A stretch of DNA of 64,000 nucleotides from the IMG/VR virus record IMGVR_UViG_3300045125_000071, positions 62,001-126,000 of that record. One strand, given 5' to 3'. How positions within the stretch are numbered: position 1 is the first letter of the stretch; the number at the start of each line of letters is the position of its first letter. Position numbers and translations under genes: made by a program. The notes under the pieces are model-generated. The model saw only the letters and a list, made by a program, of their open reading frames with translations. It did not search any database and had not been told where the DNA came from. Of this stretch, positions 12,084-22,361 are shown one piece after another.

Positions 12084-13091
12084 ATGAATATTAGGGTATC
12101 TAAAGAAGATTTAGAATATATCAATGAGTCATTAGAATCTGGTGAAGTCCTACAAGAGGATTTAAGAAGATGGTTTAAAGAAAAATGGGTTGATGTGAGT
12201 AGAAAAGTAGGTGGGAAACATCCGCCATGCGGAAGAAGTAAAGCATCTACAAAAGGATACCCCAAATGTAGACCATTAAAAAAAATATCTAAAGAAACCC
12301 CTAAAACTGCTGGTTCTTTTTCTAAGAAAGAAAAAAGTCAATGACAACACAAAAAAGAAAGGCAGAAAAGAAAGAACCAAAAACAGGAACTGGAAATAAA
12401 CCAACCATGACTCATTATGATGAGGGTAAACAAATAAATGAATCATATATGAATATTAATTTACAAAATAAAATTGTAGAACTTGTATTAGATGAAATAC
12501 ATGATTTACATGAAAATAGACCCCCCAAATTAGTTTTAAAAGAATCGATAGAAATTATATCTGAAGGTTTAATGTACCATATCAACAATAGTAAACCATT
12601 AACAGAAAACGTATATAGAGTTTATTCAAACAATTTTTTTAAATTATTTAATGAAGCTAGAGATTTATATAATTTAGGAACTATAGAATTTTTGGAAATG
12701 ATTTAGAATTAATTAAAACAGATATTGGAAAAGTAGGTATATACGAAGGAGAATACGTTTATTTAGATTTACCATTTATTGATGGTGAAGAAAACCATTT
12801 AGTTGAGGCAAAACATAGGGGTAGAAATGTTAAATTAAATAAACCATTCAGAACACCAGGTGGTCCAAAAAAATTCGCCGTATATGTGAAAACTCCAGGT
12901 GGTACTATAAAAAAGTGACATTTGGTGACCCTAATCTAAGAGTTAGAAATGCTAATAAGAAAGCTGCAAAATCTTTCAGAGCAAGACACAAGTGTAACCA
13001 AAAGAAAGATAGAACAACTGCGGGGTACTGGAGTTGTAATATTTCTAGATATAGGTCTTCCCTCGGCTTATCCTCAAAAAGAAAATGGTGA
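12084..13091 (+). CDS. Conserved large-phage hypothetical protein(s), fragmented
   Basis: LRRWFKEKWVD...PCGRS...YPKCRP and KLNKPFRTPGGPKKFAVYV...RARHKC...TAGYWSC modules. Confidence 0.55.
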
Positions 13092-13167
13092 GGACTAAAA
13101 TCATTTCTACCATGGTAAAATAGACTTTACTTTTATAGTTTTCTTGTGTATTTATATAAAAAAGAAT

Positions 13168-14298
13168 ATGCAAGTCTATAAAATAACAAATGTTGTTAAT
13201 GGTAAAATTTACATAGGAAAAGACACTATTTCTGACAAAAATTATTATGGTTCTGGTGTTTTAATTAAAAGAGCAATTGAAAAATACGGTAAAGAAAACT
13301 TTAAAAAAGAAATATTAGAAGAATGTAATTCTAATAATGAATTGTGTGAAAAAGAAAAATATTGGATTAATTATTACAATTCCACAGATTTAAATATTGG
13401 TTATAACATATCCAAAGGCGGTGATGGGGGTGACACACTATCCAACAATCCAAATATTGATATTATTAAATCTAAAATTTCAAGAGTTAGAAAGGGAAAA
13501 AAATATGAAGATTTTTTACCATTAGAAAAAGTAAAATCATATAAAGAAAAATTAAGTAATATTTCAAGAAAAAGATTGAAAGGAAAAACATTCGAAGAAA
13601 GATATGGTATTGAAAAGGCAAAAGAAATAAAAAATAAATTATCTATTTCACAAAAAAAAGACAAGATAATATACAAAAAAAGTAAAAATAAAATTAACAA
13701 AAGAAGAAATAGAACAAAAAAGAATTAACAATTTAAAAATTAAATATCAATTTATTGATAATATTGAAATTTTAAAAAGAAAATATTTTGGTTTTAGACA
13801 AAGAAATAATTTAAAATTGTTTATTGAACTAATTGGGGAGGAAAAATATCAAAAAATAATTGATGAATTAAAAAAACCATTCAAACACAAAAAAGAATCA
13901 ATAGATAAAATAATTGATATTAAATTAAAAAAATATCTAAAAAGAAAAAATGAACTAATAGAATTTTTAAAAAATAATCCAACATCCACAAGAAATGACT
14001 TTTATCAAAATTTATCTTCTAAAGAAATATCTAATAGGGTTAGAAATTTATTACACAATAATTTTTCATACTTATTAACAGAAGAAGAAAAAATTTAATT
14101 AAAAAAATACCAAAACAAAAAAATAATATTTCTCAAGAAAAATTGTCAGAATTAAAAAGAAAACTTAGTCGCCCAATTATTATTGATGACATAGAATACA
14201 TATCCGCATCTGAAGCATCAAAAATATTAAATATTGATAGAGGAACGATAAGATTTAGATTGAAAAGTGATAATTATCCTAATTATAAATATTTATAG
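13168..14298 (+). mobile_element. GIY-YIG homing endonuclease gene (free-standing), frameshifted
   Basis: VYKITN...IYIG, YYGSG, GYNI..GGDGG, C-terminal NUMOD1-like helix-turn-helix. Confidence 0.85.
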
Positions 14299-14316
14299 TT
14301 ATTATATATAGGTAAT

Positions 14317-14685
14317 ATGAAAAGACTAATAATAACTGAAAATCAATTAAAAAAATTAACTAAGTCATTGGTTAATGAACAAGTCCAAACAAGTTTATTT
14401 GATGTACCTGTCACATTAAATTTATCTGGTGATGTTGAAACTAATCCATCTTATGGTGCATTAACATTTAATGTAGGTAATAAAAAAATAAATGTAAGAT
14501 TATTTACAACAAGATATGGTAATGTAAACATTGTAAAATTAATACCAAAGGATAATGGTGCCTATATAAAAACATTAAAAGGTAGAGAACAAGTCTTAGA
14601 TAAAGATACAGTAAATAAACTTATTGATTATATTAAGAATCCTATTGGTGAAGTTGAAGTTAGATTCAAGTTTATTGATTGGTGA
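14317..14685 (+). CDS. Hypothetical (possible internal head) protein
   Basis: N-terminal MKRLIITENQLKKL leader. Confidence 0.6.
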   Translation: MKRLIITENQLKKLTKSLVNEQVQTSLFDVPVTLNLSGDVETNPSYGALTFNVGNKKINVRLFTTRYGNVNIVKLIPKDNGAYIKTLKGREQVLDKDTVNKLIDYIKNPIGEVEVRFKFIDW

Positions 14686-14708
14686 TTTAATGGTCAAAAA
14701 ATTATAAT

Positions 14709-15587
14709 ATGAAATTACCATTTGAAGAAAATATTGAAAATGGATTTAATATTAGAACATTTTCATCAGATATAAATGAAAATGAACTAAAATGGCATTT
14801 TGACGAGGAAGATAGAATTGTTGTGTGTGAACATGAAACAGATTGGCAATTACAAATAGATAATGAATTACCAACAAAAATAGAAAAAAATAAAAAGTAT
14901 TTTATACCTGAAGGAGAATATCATAGAATAATAAAAGGTAATGGGGATTTAATTGTTAAAGGTAAAAAAATAAAAAATTTACAAGAACAAATCGATACTA
15001 AATTACCAAGAGTATCTAAAGATGCTACATATGTGGCTAAAAATGATTATTCACATTATAATTTAAAAGAACCTAATAAAAAACCATCATATAAAGATAT
15101 TTCATTTGATAAAATAGTAACTCTAACAATAGATAATATTGAAGGCGGTTATTATAATCCAAATACACACTATGATTCTGGTATGGGTTCTTCTGGTGAA
15201 ACCATGTTTGGTATGGATAGAAAACATGGTTCAGATTTCACAAAAAGTAGTGCTGGTCGTTTATTTTGGTCTTTAATAGATAATGATAGAAAAATAAACC
15301 CCAAAAAATGGAAGAGATATTATAAATTAGATGATAACACACAATTAAAAACAAAATTAATACAAATTATAACCAATAATTGGTTGATACCAAAATATGA
15401 GACATTAACCTCTAGGTATCTTACAAAAGAAGCAAAAAATATTGTTGATAAAGATGGTTTTCTTAAATATCATTTTTCATATGCTATCTGGAATGGTGAG
15501 GGTTGGTTTAAAAAATTTGCGAATGTGATAAATAAAATCTTAAATTCTGGATATAATGATTTAAAACCCTTCACGGTTATGCCATAA
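14709..15587 (+). CDS. Cupin-like N-terminus fused to GH108-like lysozyme domain (3' end frameshifted)
   Basis: WHFDEEDR...FIPEGEYHRIIKG; NIEGGYYNP...GETMFG resembles the GH108 EGGY...GET motif. Confidence 0.5.
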   Translation: MKLPFEENIENGFNIRTFSSDINENELKWHFDEEDRIVVCEHETDWQLQIDNELPTKIEKNKKYFIPEGEYHRIIKGNGDLIVKGKKIKNLQEQIDTKLPRVSKDATYVAKNDYSHYNLKEPNKKPSYKDISFDKIVTLTIDNIEGGYYNPNTHYDSGMGSSGETMFGMDRKHGSDFTKSSAGRLFWSLIDNDRKINPKKWKRYYKLDDNTQLKTKLIQIITNNWLIPKYETLTSRYLTKEAKNIVDKDGFLKYHFSYAIWNGEGWFKKFANVINKILNSGYNDLKPFTVMP

Positions 15588-15666
15588 ATTCAAGATTATA
15601 CAGTGGTAATAAATATTTAGCAAAATCTGGCAGAATTATTAGAGATAAAATATTATCTAATTTATT

Positions 15667-16152
15667 TTAATCATAAAAAATAACTTCTACCCCACATTCT
15701 AAAAATAATTGTAAACTTCTCTTTTGAGATTCTTCCCATTTTTCTTTATTCTTTGTTGTACAGACTTCTTTACAGTAAACGATTTTTATTCCAGCATTTA
15801 CAATTGCCTTTGCACAATCAACACATGGGATACCAGATGTTATATAGATTGTCGAATCTTTAAGTTTTGTACCAACCCTAGCAGCGTTTAATATTGCATT
15901 AAGTTCGGCATGTACCATCCAGAAGTATTTTTCGGGCCTTTCCTGGCGTTCTTTTAAATTATCATCTAATCCCCTTGGAAAGGAATTATAACCTGTAGAA
16001 AGCACCTCATTGTCCTTACCAACGATAACCGCACCAATCTGTGTTGATAGGTCTTTAGATTTGAGTTTTACTGTTTCAGCTATCGCTAAAAATATTGAAT
16101 CCATTCCATATTGGAAATATAAGAAAATTATCCAATAATGAAATGGATTCAA
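15667..16152 (-). CDS. dCMP deaminase (ComEB-like)
   Basis: STQIGAVIV, GYN, HAELNAI, PCVDCAKAI zinc motifs. Confidence 0.92.
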   Translation of the reverse strand: MNPFHYWIIFLYFQYGMDSIFLAIAETVKLKSKDLSTQIGAVIVGKDNEVLSTGYNSFPRGLDDNLKERQERPEKYFWMVHAELNAILNAARVGTKLKDSTIYITSGIPCVDCAKAIVNAGIKIVYCKEVCTTKNKEKWEESQKRSLQLFLECGVEVIFYD

Positions 16153-16173
16153 AAAATAATTATTATAAATTAA

Positions 16174-16446
16174 TTATCCCAAAGCACCATCACCTTCAGC
16201 AAATTCATCTGATACTGAAAAATCGTCTGAATCGTCGGAAACATCATCATCTTCATACATAGACATATCTTCACTAAAATCATCTGTTTCATCCATAGGC
16301 ATTTCTTCTTCAAATTTGGCCATATCAATATTTGACAATTCCTCCTCCATTTCATACGATTCATCGTAATTTTCATTAAGCAATTTTTTATTCATTCTTT
16401 TAATTGCCAATATTTCTTCTTGTAATGTTAGTTTTACTTTTTTCAT
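16174..16446 (-). CDS. Small acidic hypothetical protein
   Basis: 90-aa D/E-rich ORF with late motif upstream. Confidence 0.6.
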   Translation of the reverse strand: MKKVKLTLQEEILAIKRMNKKLLNENYDESYEMEEELSNIDMAKFEEEMPMDETDDFSEDMSMYEDDDVSDDSDDFSVSDEFAEGDGALG

Positions 16447-16510
16447 AATTTATTTTACTAATAAATATCTGAAAATTTTTAATAACCAATTTTTTATATA
16501 TATTTTTTCA

Positions 16511-16879
16511 ATGAAATTTAATAGTAATTTTGAATATGACTTACAAATTGGTCAAGAGGGTGAACAAAAAATTGCAATGATTTTTGATTCTCCAGTTGAA
16601 AAAATTGAGGTCAAAAGAGACATGAAAGCAATTAAAACTGGAAATTTATATTTTGAATATGAAAGTAGAGGAAGAAAAAGTGGTATTGCAACAACAAAAG
16701 CAGAATATATTTTTATAATTGTTGAAAATAGTGTCGGTGGTCTATTTTTTGAAACAAATAAACTTAAAAAAGTATTAAGACCACTTATACCAACGCATAC
16801 AAAGTTAGGCGGTGATTCTGATACTAGTAAAGGAATATTAATAAGTATATCTGAATTAATGAAGTTATATACTAAATAA
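16511..16879 (+). CDS. PD-(D/E)XK-like nuclease-fold protein
   Basis: KIEVKRD...TGNLYFEYESRG..SG. Confidence 0.55.
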   Translation: MKFNSNFEYDLQIGQEGEQKIAMIFDSPVEKIEVKRDMKAIKTGNLYFEYESRGRKSGIATTKAEYIFIIVENSVGGLFFETNKLKKVLRPLIPTHTKLGGDSDTSKGILISISELMKLYTK

Positions 16880-16882
16880 AAA

Positions 16883-17056
16883 CTACTTTTTAGTTCCTTT
16901 TATTTTTAATGGATTTTCATTCACCAAATCTTTATGGTTTTTTACATCGAAACTTTCTTTTTTTCTTGTTAAATCTTCTTCGTTAAGATTTGTAATAATA
17001 TTTTTTATAATATTTTTCAATTCCGTTTCTGTTAGTGTTATCGTTTTTTTCGCCAT
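16883..17056 (-). CDS. Small hypothetical protein
   Basis: MAKKTITLTETELKNII leader; TATTTATA motif upstream. Confidence 0.55.
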   Translation of the reverse strand: MAKKTITLTETELKNIIKNIITNLNEEDLTRKKESFDVKNHKDLVNENPLKIKGTKK

Positions 17057-17090
17057 AATAATATTTTTATTATAAATATTTAAATAAAAC

Positions 17091-17119
17091 AAAAAACCCC
17101 TCAATGTTGAGGGGTTTTT
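17091..17119 (-). terminator. Intrinsic terminator downstream of major capsid gene (bidirectional shape)
   Basis: aaaaaacccctca-atgt-tgaggggttttt. Confidence 0.8.
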
Positions 17120-17144
17120 GCTAAAATAATCTTACGGGATTATC

Positions 17145-18863
17145 TTAAAGTGTCGAGACTGAATGTAGCCAACCTTTCACATCAATTACACCGAAGTAAC
17201 GGTTGTTAACCATTTTCTTAGCGTAACGGGTCATTATACCCTTGATTGGTGTGAAATTGAATGGGTTATACATTGTTGGGGTTAATTGTAAGGGCACATA
17301 AGGTGCATATACATAACCAGCGTCTAACAAGGACTTACCCTTATGTCCGATAAGGACTTTACCAGCTGGGAAATATGGGTCACGATATACCTGATATCTA
17401 CCTGCGAGAGTACCGATTTTCTCAATACCCATGTTGTATTGGTCTTGCTCAGGATGAGCGTTAGACACATGGAAATATTCAAGGTCATCAAACACTGCGG
17501 AAACTTCAGAGGATACAACAATCCAGTTAGCACCACCTCTTAAAGTTGTTTTATGGATTTGAGCAGAAACCTGGTTGATTTTGGTAATCAATGTTTGGTT
17601 CCAGTCTTTTTGTGTATAACCCTGGAATGTACCACCGCCAGATGCGCCGTACTTCCATTCGTTATAATCCCACTTAGCTTTCCATGCAGCACCTTTTCTA
17701 AGGTCACGGAGAATTTCCCTATCAACTTCAGCTGCGATTTGCTCGGAGAGAAGTGCGGTTAATTCAGCCTCAGCGTCGATATTGTGGAACGCGCTAACGT
17801 CTTGTGCTAATTCAGGAGACCAGCTAGCTCTGAGTTTTCTTTCAGTTACAGAAACTGTAACAGACTCAAGGTCAAAAGAAACTTCACCGATAGCATCTTC
17901 AAATTCGAGAGTAGCATATTGGCGATAAGTTGCTACGAAATCAGAACCTGCTAATGTTGTAGCTACTGTATGGTCAGTGAAACCAGATGTTGCACTGTAT
18001 GTTTGTAAATCAACACTTAAGTAAATTGTACCTTCTTCATCACAAATGTCATTGTATCTGCTAAGACCAGAACCACTCTTCTGTCCGTACTCAACAATAC
18101 CTTTACCATATTTCTGAGTTACAACGTTTAATGGTAATGATGCGCCGCTTTGAACTTTTGATGCTGAAACTTGTAATGATGCTAAGAATTCTTCACTATC
18201 CATTTCATTACCGTTAGCACCAATTAATTTACCCTCACCTGTCTTGCTGAATCCAGTAATCTTTAAAATTACACTTGATACAGTGTTACCAGTTGTATAA
18301 GTAACAGCGTTACCAGCAGAACCAGCGGAGAAGGTATGAAGTGAAGTACCTGTTAATGATATTGTACTGAAATCACCTTTTGAATAATCAAAAAGACCAG
18401 TAGATGCGTCATCACTTGTTTCATAGAAACGGTCATAAAGGTTGATACCAGTGTAACCAGTAGAAGGGTCTGTACCACCAGCAGTTCCAGGAATACCAAA
18501 TGGTGAATAGTGCGCACCATTATTTCTGTCCTGGATTTTAGGTACAAAATAGAACAATTTACCAATTGGTAAGTTCATAGCTTGTACGGAAACGATGTCG
18601 TTTGCCAACAACTTGGAGAATACTCTCCTGATGATTGGGAAAACCACAGTTTCAAATGAACCAGAAGCATCAGATACTGCTGCCTCGTTGATTAAATATG
18701 ATGCTTGGTTTTCATACAATTGCGCGATGTTATCTTTCTGATGGCCATCGAGACCGTCAAGAAATCCTAAATCATCCCATTTTCTAATAGTATCTTCTTT
18801 GATAACACGAAGGTGCTTAAGACCGATGTTACCAACCATACCTGATTCTAATAATGCTCCCAT
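17145..18863 (-). CDS. Major capsid protein, T4 gp23-like
   Basis: VSVQAMNLPIGKLFY, TERKLRASWSPELAQD..AFHNIDAEAEL, EIDRE-like VDREI, YAPYVPL, GIMTRYA. Confidence 0.95.
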   Translation of the reverse strand: MGALLESGMVGNIGLKHLRVIKEDTIRKWDDLGFLDGLDGHQKDNIAQLYENQASYLINEAAVSDASGSFETVVFPIIRRVFSKLLANDIVSVQAMNLPIGKLFYFVPKIQDRNNGAHYSPFGIPGTAGGTDPSTGYTGINLYDRFYETSDDASTGLFDYSKGDFSTISLTGTSLHTFSAGSAGNAVTYTTGNTVSSVILKITGFSKTGEGKLIGANGNEMDSEEFLASLQVSASKVQSGASLPLNVVTQKYGKGIVEYGQKSGSGLSRYNDICDEEGTIYLSVDLQTYSATSGFTDHTVATTLAGSDFVATYRQYATLEFEDAIGEVSFDLESVTVSVTERKLRASWSPELAQDVSAFHNIDAEAELTALLSEQIAAEVDREILRDLRKGAAWKAKWDYNEWKYGASGGGTFQGYTQKDWNQTLITKINQVSAQIHKTTLRGGANWIVVSSEVSAVFDDLEYFHVSNAHPEQDQYNMGIEKIGTLAGRYQVYRDPYFPAGKVLIGHKGKSLLDAGYVYAPYVPLQLTPTMYNPFNFTPIKGIMTRYAKKMVNNRYFGVIDVKGWLHSVSTL

Positions 18864-18917
18864 TTTAATTTTTGTTTTTTTTATTGGTTTATTATTTAAT
18901 TTTTACCATCAATTCCT

Positions 18918-20101
18918 TCATTCTCTTGAATTGAGGATTCTCGTATGCTTTAGATTCTGCGAGAACTTCTTTTGAAGAAGAACTTTTGGTGTTGCAGAGA
19001 TTTTATCAGCAACAGATTCTGTTACTGGTTTTTTAGAATTTAATTCGCCTTTAATTGTTGAATAAAGTGTTTTAGATTCGTTCATTGTCGAAACTGAATC
19101 GAATCTCTTTAAAATATTCAGTTTCTCTTGTTTTGTGGTTGAATGCTCAGTGAATAAACGTGTAGCATATGCAAGACTAGCATTAAATACCGCAACCTCA
19201 TTAAGTTTTTCTTTAAAAAGAACTAAAGCTTTTTTATATTCTAAATTTTGTTCTTTAAGTTTTTCAACTTCTTCATTAACAACACCAGAACCCGCTTTAT
19301 ACATTTTCTTAGATTTTAAACCACCATGAGGCGCAGGTCCCTTAAAGCCATGCGGATTTGATTTTGTTCTAGCTGCTTCGGTTGCTTCTACTTTTTTACG
19401 CCCTTAGCTGCTTTAAACGGTTTTTCAATTTTGCTTTCTTTTGTTTCTTCTTCTTCAGGTTCGTCGAGTTCAATTTCATAAACAGTTTCTTCATCATCTG
19501 CTTGCATTGACTCTTCTTCCATGTCCATTTCTTCAGACATTTCTTCTTCCATATCCTCAGTCATGTCTTCTTCCATTTCTTCGGACATTTCACCACCTGG
19601 AACCTCATCCAATTTAATGACGTACTCATCGCCATCAATGTTTATATCAAGGTTGTTACCATCTCTTTTTACCACAATACCATCATCTGGTTTCATAGCT
19701 TTAAAAACTTTAACGACTTCTTCATCAGATGCATTTGTCATATCCATAACAGTATCATCGGACGCCATTTCGTCGTCTTCATCTTCTACACTAGACATAT
19801 CATCTGGTTCAACAACCCCATCTACTGAATCAGACGAATCATCATCTGCTTCCATGTCTTCTTCATCATCTTCCATTGAATTATCGTCGTTCATTTCAGG
19901 CATTTCGTCGTCGTCTTCTTCGTCGACATCTTTTTTGCTTTCATCTTCGACATCATCTTCTTCTTTCATTGATTCTTTAAGCAACCCATTGAGTTCTTGT
20001 TTCACAACTGAACCAAGTATACCTTTTGCATTTTGCTTTACAGCTTCTTCAAGATTTTCAATCTGAAGCAACGCTTGTTCTAAAATTGATTTTTCAGCCA
20101 T
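18918..20101 (-). CDS. Prohead core scaffold protein (gp22-like), frameshifted
   Basis: Very acidic; between protease and capsid genes; C-terminal LNEVAVFNASLAYATRLF. Confidence 0.7.
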
Positions 20102-20180
20102 TTTAAAAATTGTTTTATTATCAAATAAATATTACGATTTTAAAAAAATCTTTTTTAACTATATAATAACTTTATATTTT

Positions 20181-20869
20181 TTACCTTTTTGTCAAAAAAT
20201 TATCAAGTTTACCCATTAAATTTTTCATTTTATCTGTTTGTGGGGTTTTTTCTTGTATATTTTCTTGATATTGTTCTCTATCTGATGGGTCATTAAACAC
20301 ATATGCACCTGGGGTAGATGGTGATGATACTAAATCAAAACACACTAATTCAAAGTCATCTTGAACCATGTTTTGACCTTTTATTTGTTTTAATGAACCA
20401 ACACCTCTAGAGGATATACCAAGTGTTGCGCCATTCATAATAAGATTTGCTGCTTGGTCGCCTTTTGTTGATACAATACCCATTTTCTTCCAACCTGGGG
20501 AAGTGTATAATTTAATTTTACCCATGAGTATTTTACCATCCCACCATGTTTCTAAAATGGAATGTGATACTCTATCTAAATCAATATGGGATGATGTTGG
20601 GTGATTTAATTCGCTGAGAGCACCACCCTTCTTAATTAGTGTTTGATATTTTTCAATTTCTCTTTTAATATCGCCTCAGGATATATTCTTCCGTTTTTGT
20701 TTGGTGTATCATATTTCTGTAAAACAGCATAAAGGACTAGGTCTTGCGAAAAGTCCATGTCCTTTATTTCATTTATAAAATTTCTATTTTCAGATTGTGA
20801 GATATAACCAGCATCTTGCTCAATCAAATAACCCTTAACACCAAATTCGTTTGGTCCTAATATCTTCAT
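20181..20869 (-). CDS. Prohead protease, T4 gp21-like, frameshifted
   Basis: LQKYDTPNKNGRIYP, GALSELNHP, LGISSRGVGSL, FDLVSSPSTPGAY. Confidence 0.92.
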
Positions 20870-20906
20870 TTATAGTTTTTATACTATAAATACTTAGATA
20901 TTGATA

Positions 20907-21332
20907 TTAATTTTTTGTTTTATAAAAATTAAATAGGTTTTTATTAATTAAAGCTTGATTAATTATCTCAATACTTAAATTTTTAATATATTCTCTTACA
21001 ACATTATCCTTAATATCAAAATGATTGGTAGTATATAATGTAATCTCTAAATTCATAAAAGATTTTTTATCCGCTTTTATTCCTTTAGATTTTATATCCA
21101 AATCAACAATACTTTGTGGTCTGAATAAATTATTTGATTTGTTATAAATAATTTCTTTCACTAATCTTCTAGTTGTAGATATGATTAAATCAAAATCATC
21201 ATCATCATTTATTGGTAGCAACCAAGAATTTAATTTTACATATATTGTTTTTAAATTTCTAAAATCAACAGTACCAAATCCTAATTTTACATTTTCATAA
21301 TCACCTAATCGAATATACTTTCCTACTTTCAT
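20907..21332 (-). CDS. Hypothetical protein
   Basis: 141-aa ORF in head module. Confidence 0.65.
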   Translation of the reverse strand: MKVGKYIRLGDYENVKLGFGTVDFRNLKTIYVKLNSWLLPINDDDDFDLIISTTRRLVKEIIYNKSNNLFRPQSIVDLDIKSKGIKADKKSFMNLEITLYTTNHFDIKDNVVREYIKNLSIEIINQALINKNLFNFYKTKN

Positions 21333-21432
21333 TATATTTCATATTATTACATTTTTATGGTTATAATAAAATTTATAAAATTATTTTGTAAATTCCAAAT
21401 TTTTAACTATATTTAATATATAAAGAAAAACC

Positions 21433-21623
21433 ATGATTATTATTGACGTGAGCAAAGAGAGGGAATTGAATCTGCATTAAAAGTATATAAAGCTAAAGTT
21501 CTTAAATCAAAACAATTGCAGATTTTAAAAGATAGACAAACTTATGTGAAACCTTCTGTCGCAAAACGAGAGCAAATACAAAAAGCAATCTACTCTCAAA
21601 AATTAAAAAATGGTCTTGATTAA
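21433..21623 (+). CDS. rpsU: Phage-encoded ribosomal protein bS21 (one G missing near 21460; absent from ORF track)
   Basis: Corrected translation MIIIDVSKERGIESALKVYKAKVLKSKQLQILKDRQTYVKPSVAKREQIQKAIYSQKLKNGLD has the bS21 I..ALK.YK.K and KPS..R motifs. Confidence 0.85.
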
Positions 21624-22267
21624 TCAAGACCATTTTTTAATTCAAGTAATTTGTAATAATAGTATTTTGATGGTTTAATATCTCGTACTTCTTTTTCAAC
21701 ATTTTTTAATTTATTTTTGAGTTCATCATCTGTAGATTCCGATAATATATTTGAAAGTTTTTGTAAAATTTCTTCAGATAATTCTTGTGATTTTTGAACG
21801 ATTTCTTCATTATTTAAATTCAAAATGTTCTTTAATTTTGTTTTATCTTCTTCGGATAATGTTCTACCATAATATGAGTTAAAATCAGTACTGAATAATG
21901 ACATTAGTAATTTTTCTTTATTTGTGTGTTTTGTACTATATGATTCGTTTATATTCTTATTATTAGTTAAAAGTTCAACAAGTTTAATTTTTGCCTTAAC
22001 TTTATTTTCTAAATTTAAAATATTATCATGTTCCATTAACATGTCTAAAGTTTCATATAATTCGTTATTTTCTTGTTCCGATATATTAACTATGTTTTGT
22101 AGTTTATTACATGTTTTTGCGATGGTATTTTTTTTACCAGATAATGATTTACTTAGTTCCTCAACATAATATTTAGCCACATTTTCATTTTCAAAATTCA
22201 TATTTTCAATATTTTCATATAAAAGATATGTTTCTTTAAATTCTCTATCTTCATTAATCACATTCAA
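21620..22267 (-). CDS. Hypothetical protein (5' end probably frameshifted)
   Basis: 215-aa ORF between portal and bS21. Confidence 0.6.
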   Translation of the reverse strand: MNVINEDREFKETYLLYENIENMNFENENVAKYYVEELSKSLSGKKNTIAKTCNKLQNIVNISEQENNELYETLDMLMEHDNILNLENKVKAKIKLVELLTNNKNINESYSTKHTNKEKLLMSLFSTDFNSYYGRTLSEEDKTKLKNILNLNNEEIVQKSQELSEEILQKLSNILSESTDDELKNKLKNVEKEVRDIKPSKYYYYKLLELKNGLD

Positions 22268-22361
22268 TATGTTTTTTATTTTTTTGTGTCTTTCTTTGTA
22301 TATAAATCAGTAAACGTATTTAATATTGCTGATTTTGTTTTACCAAATGTATTTTTCATTT

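Noticed and set aside
19521-20066. Ser-rich 181-aa + strand ORF
   Set aside because: Antisense shadow of the Asp/Glu-rich scaffold gene
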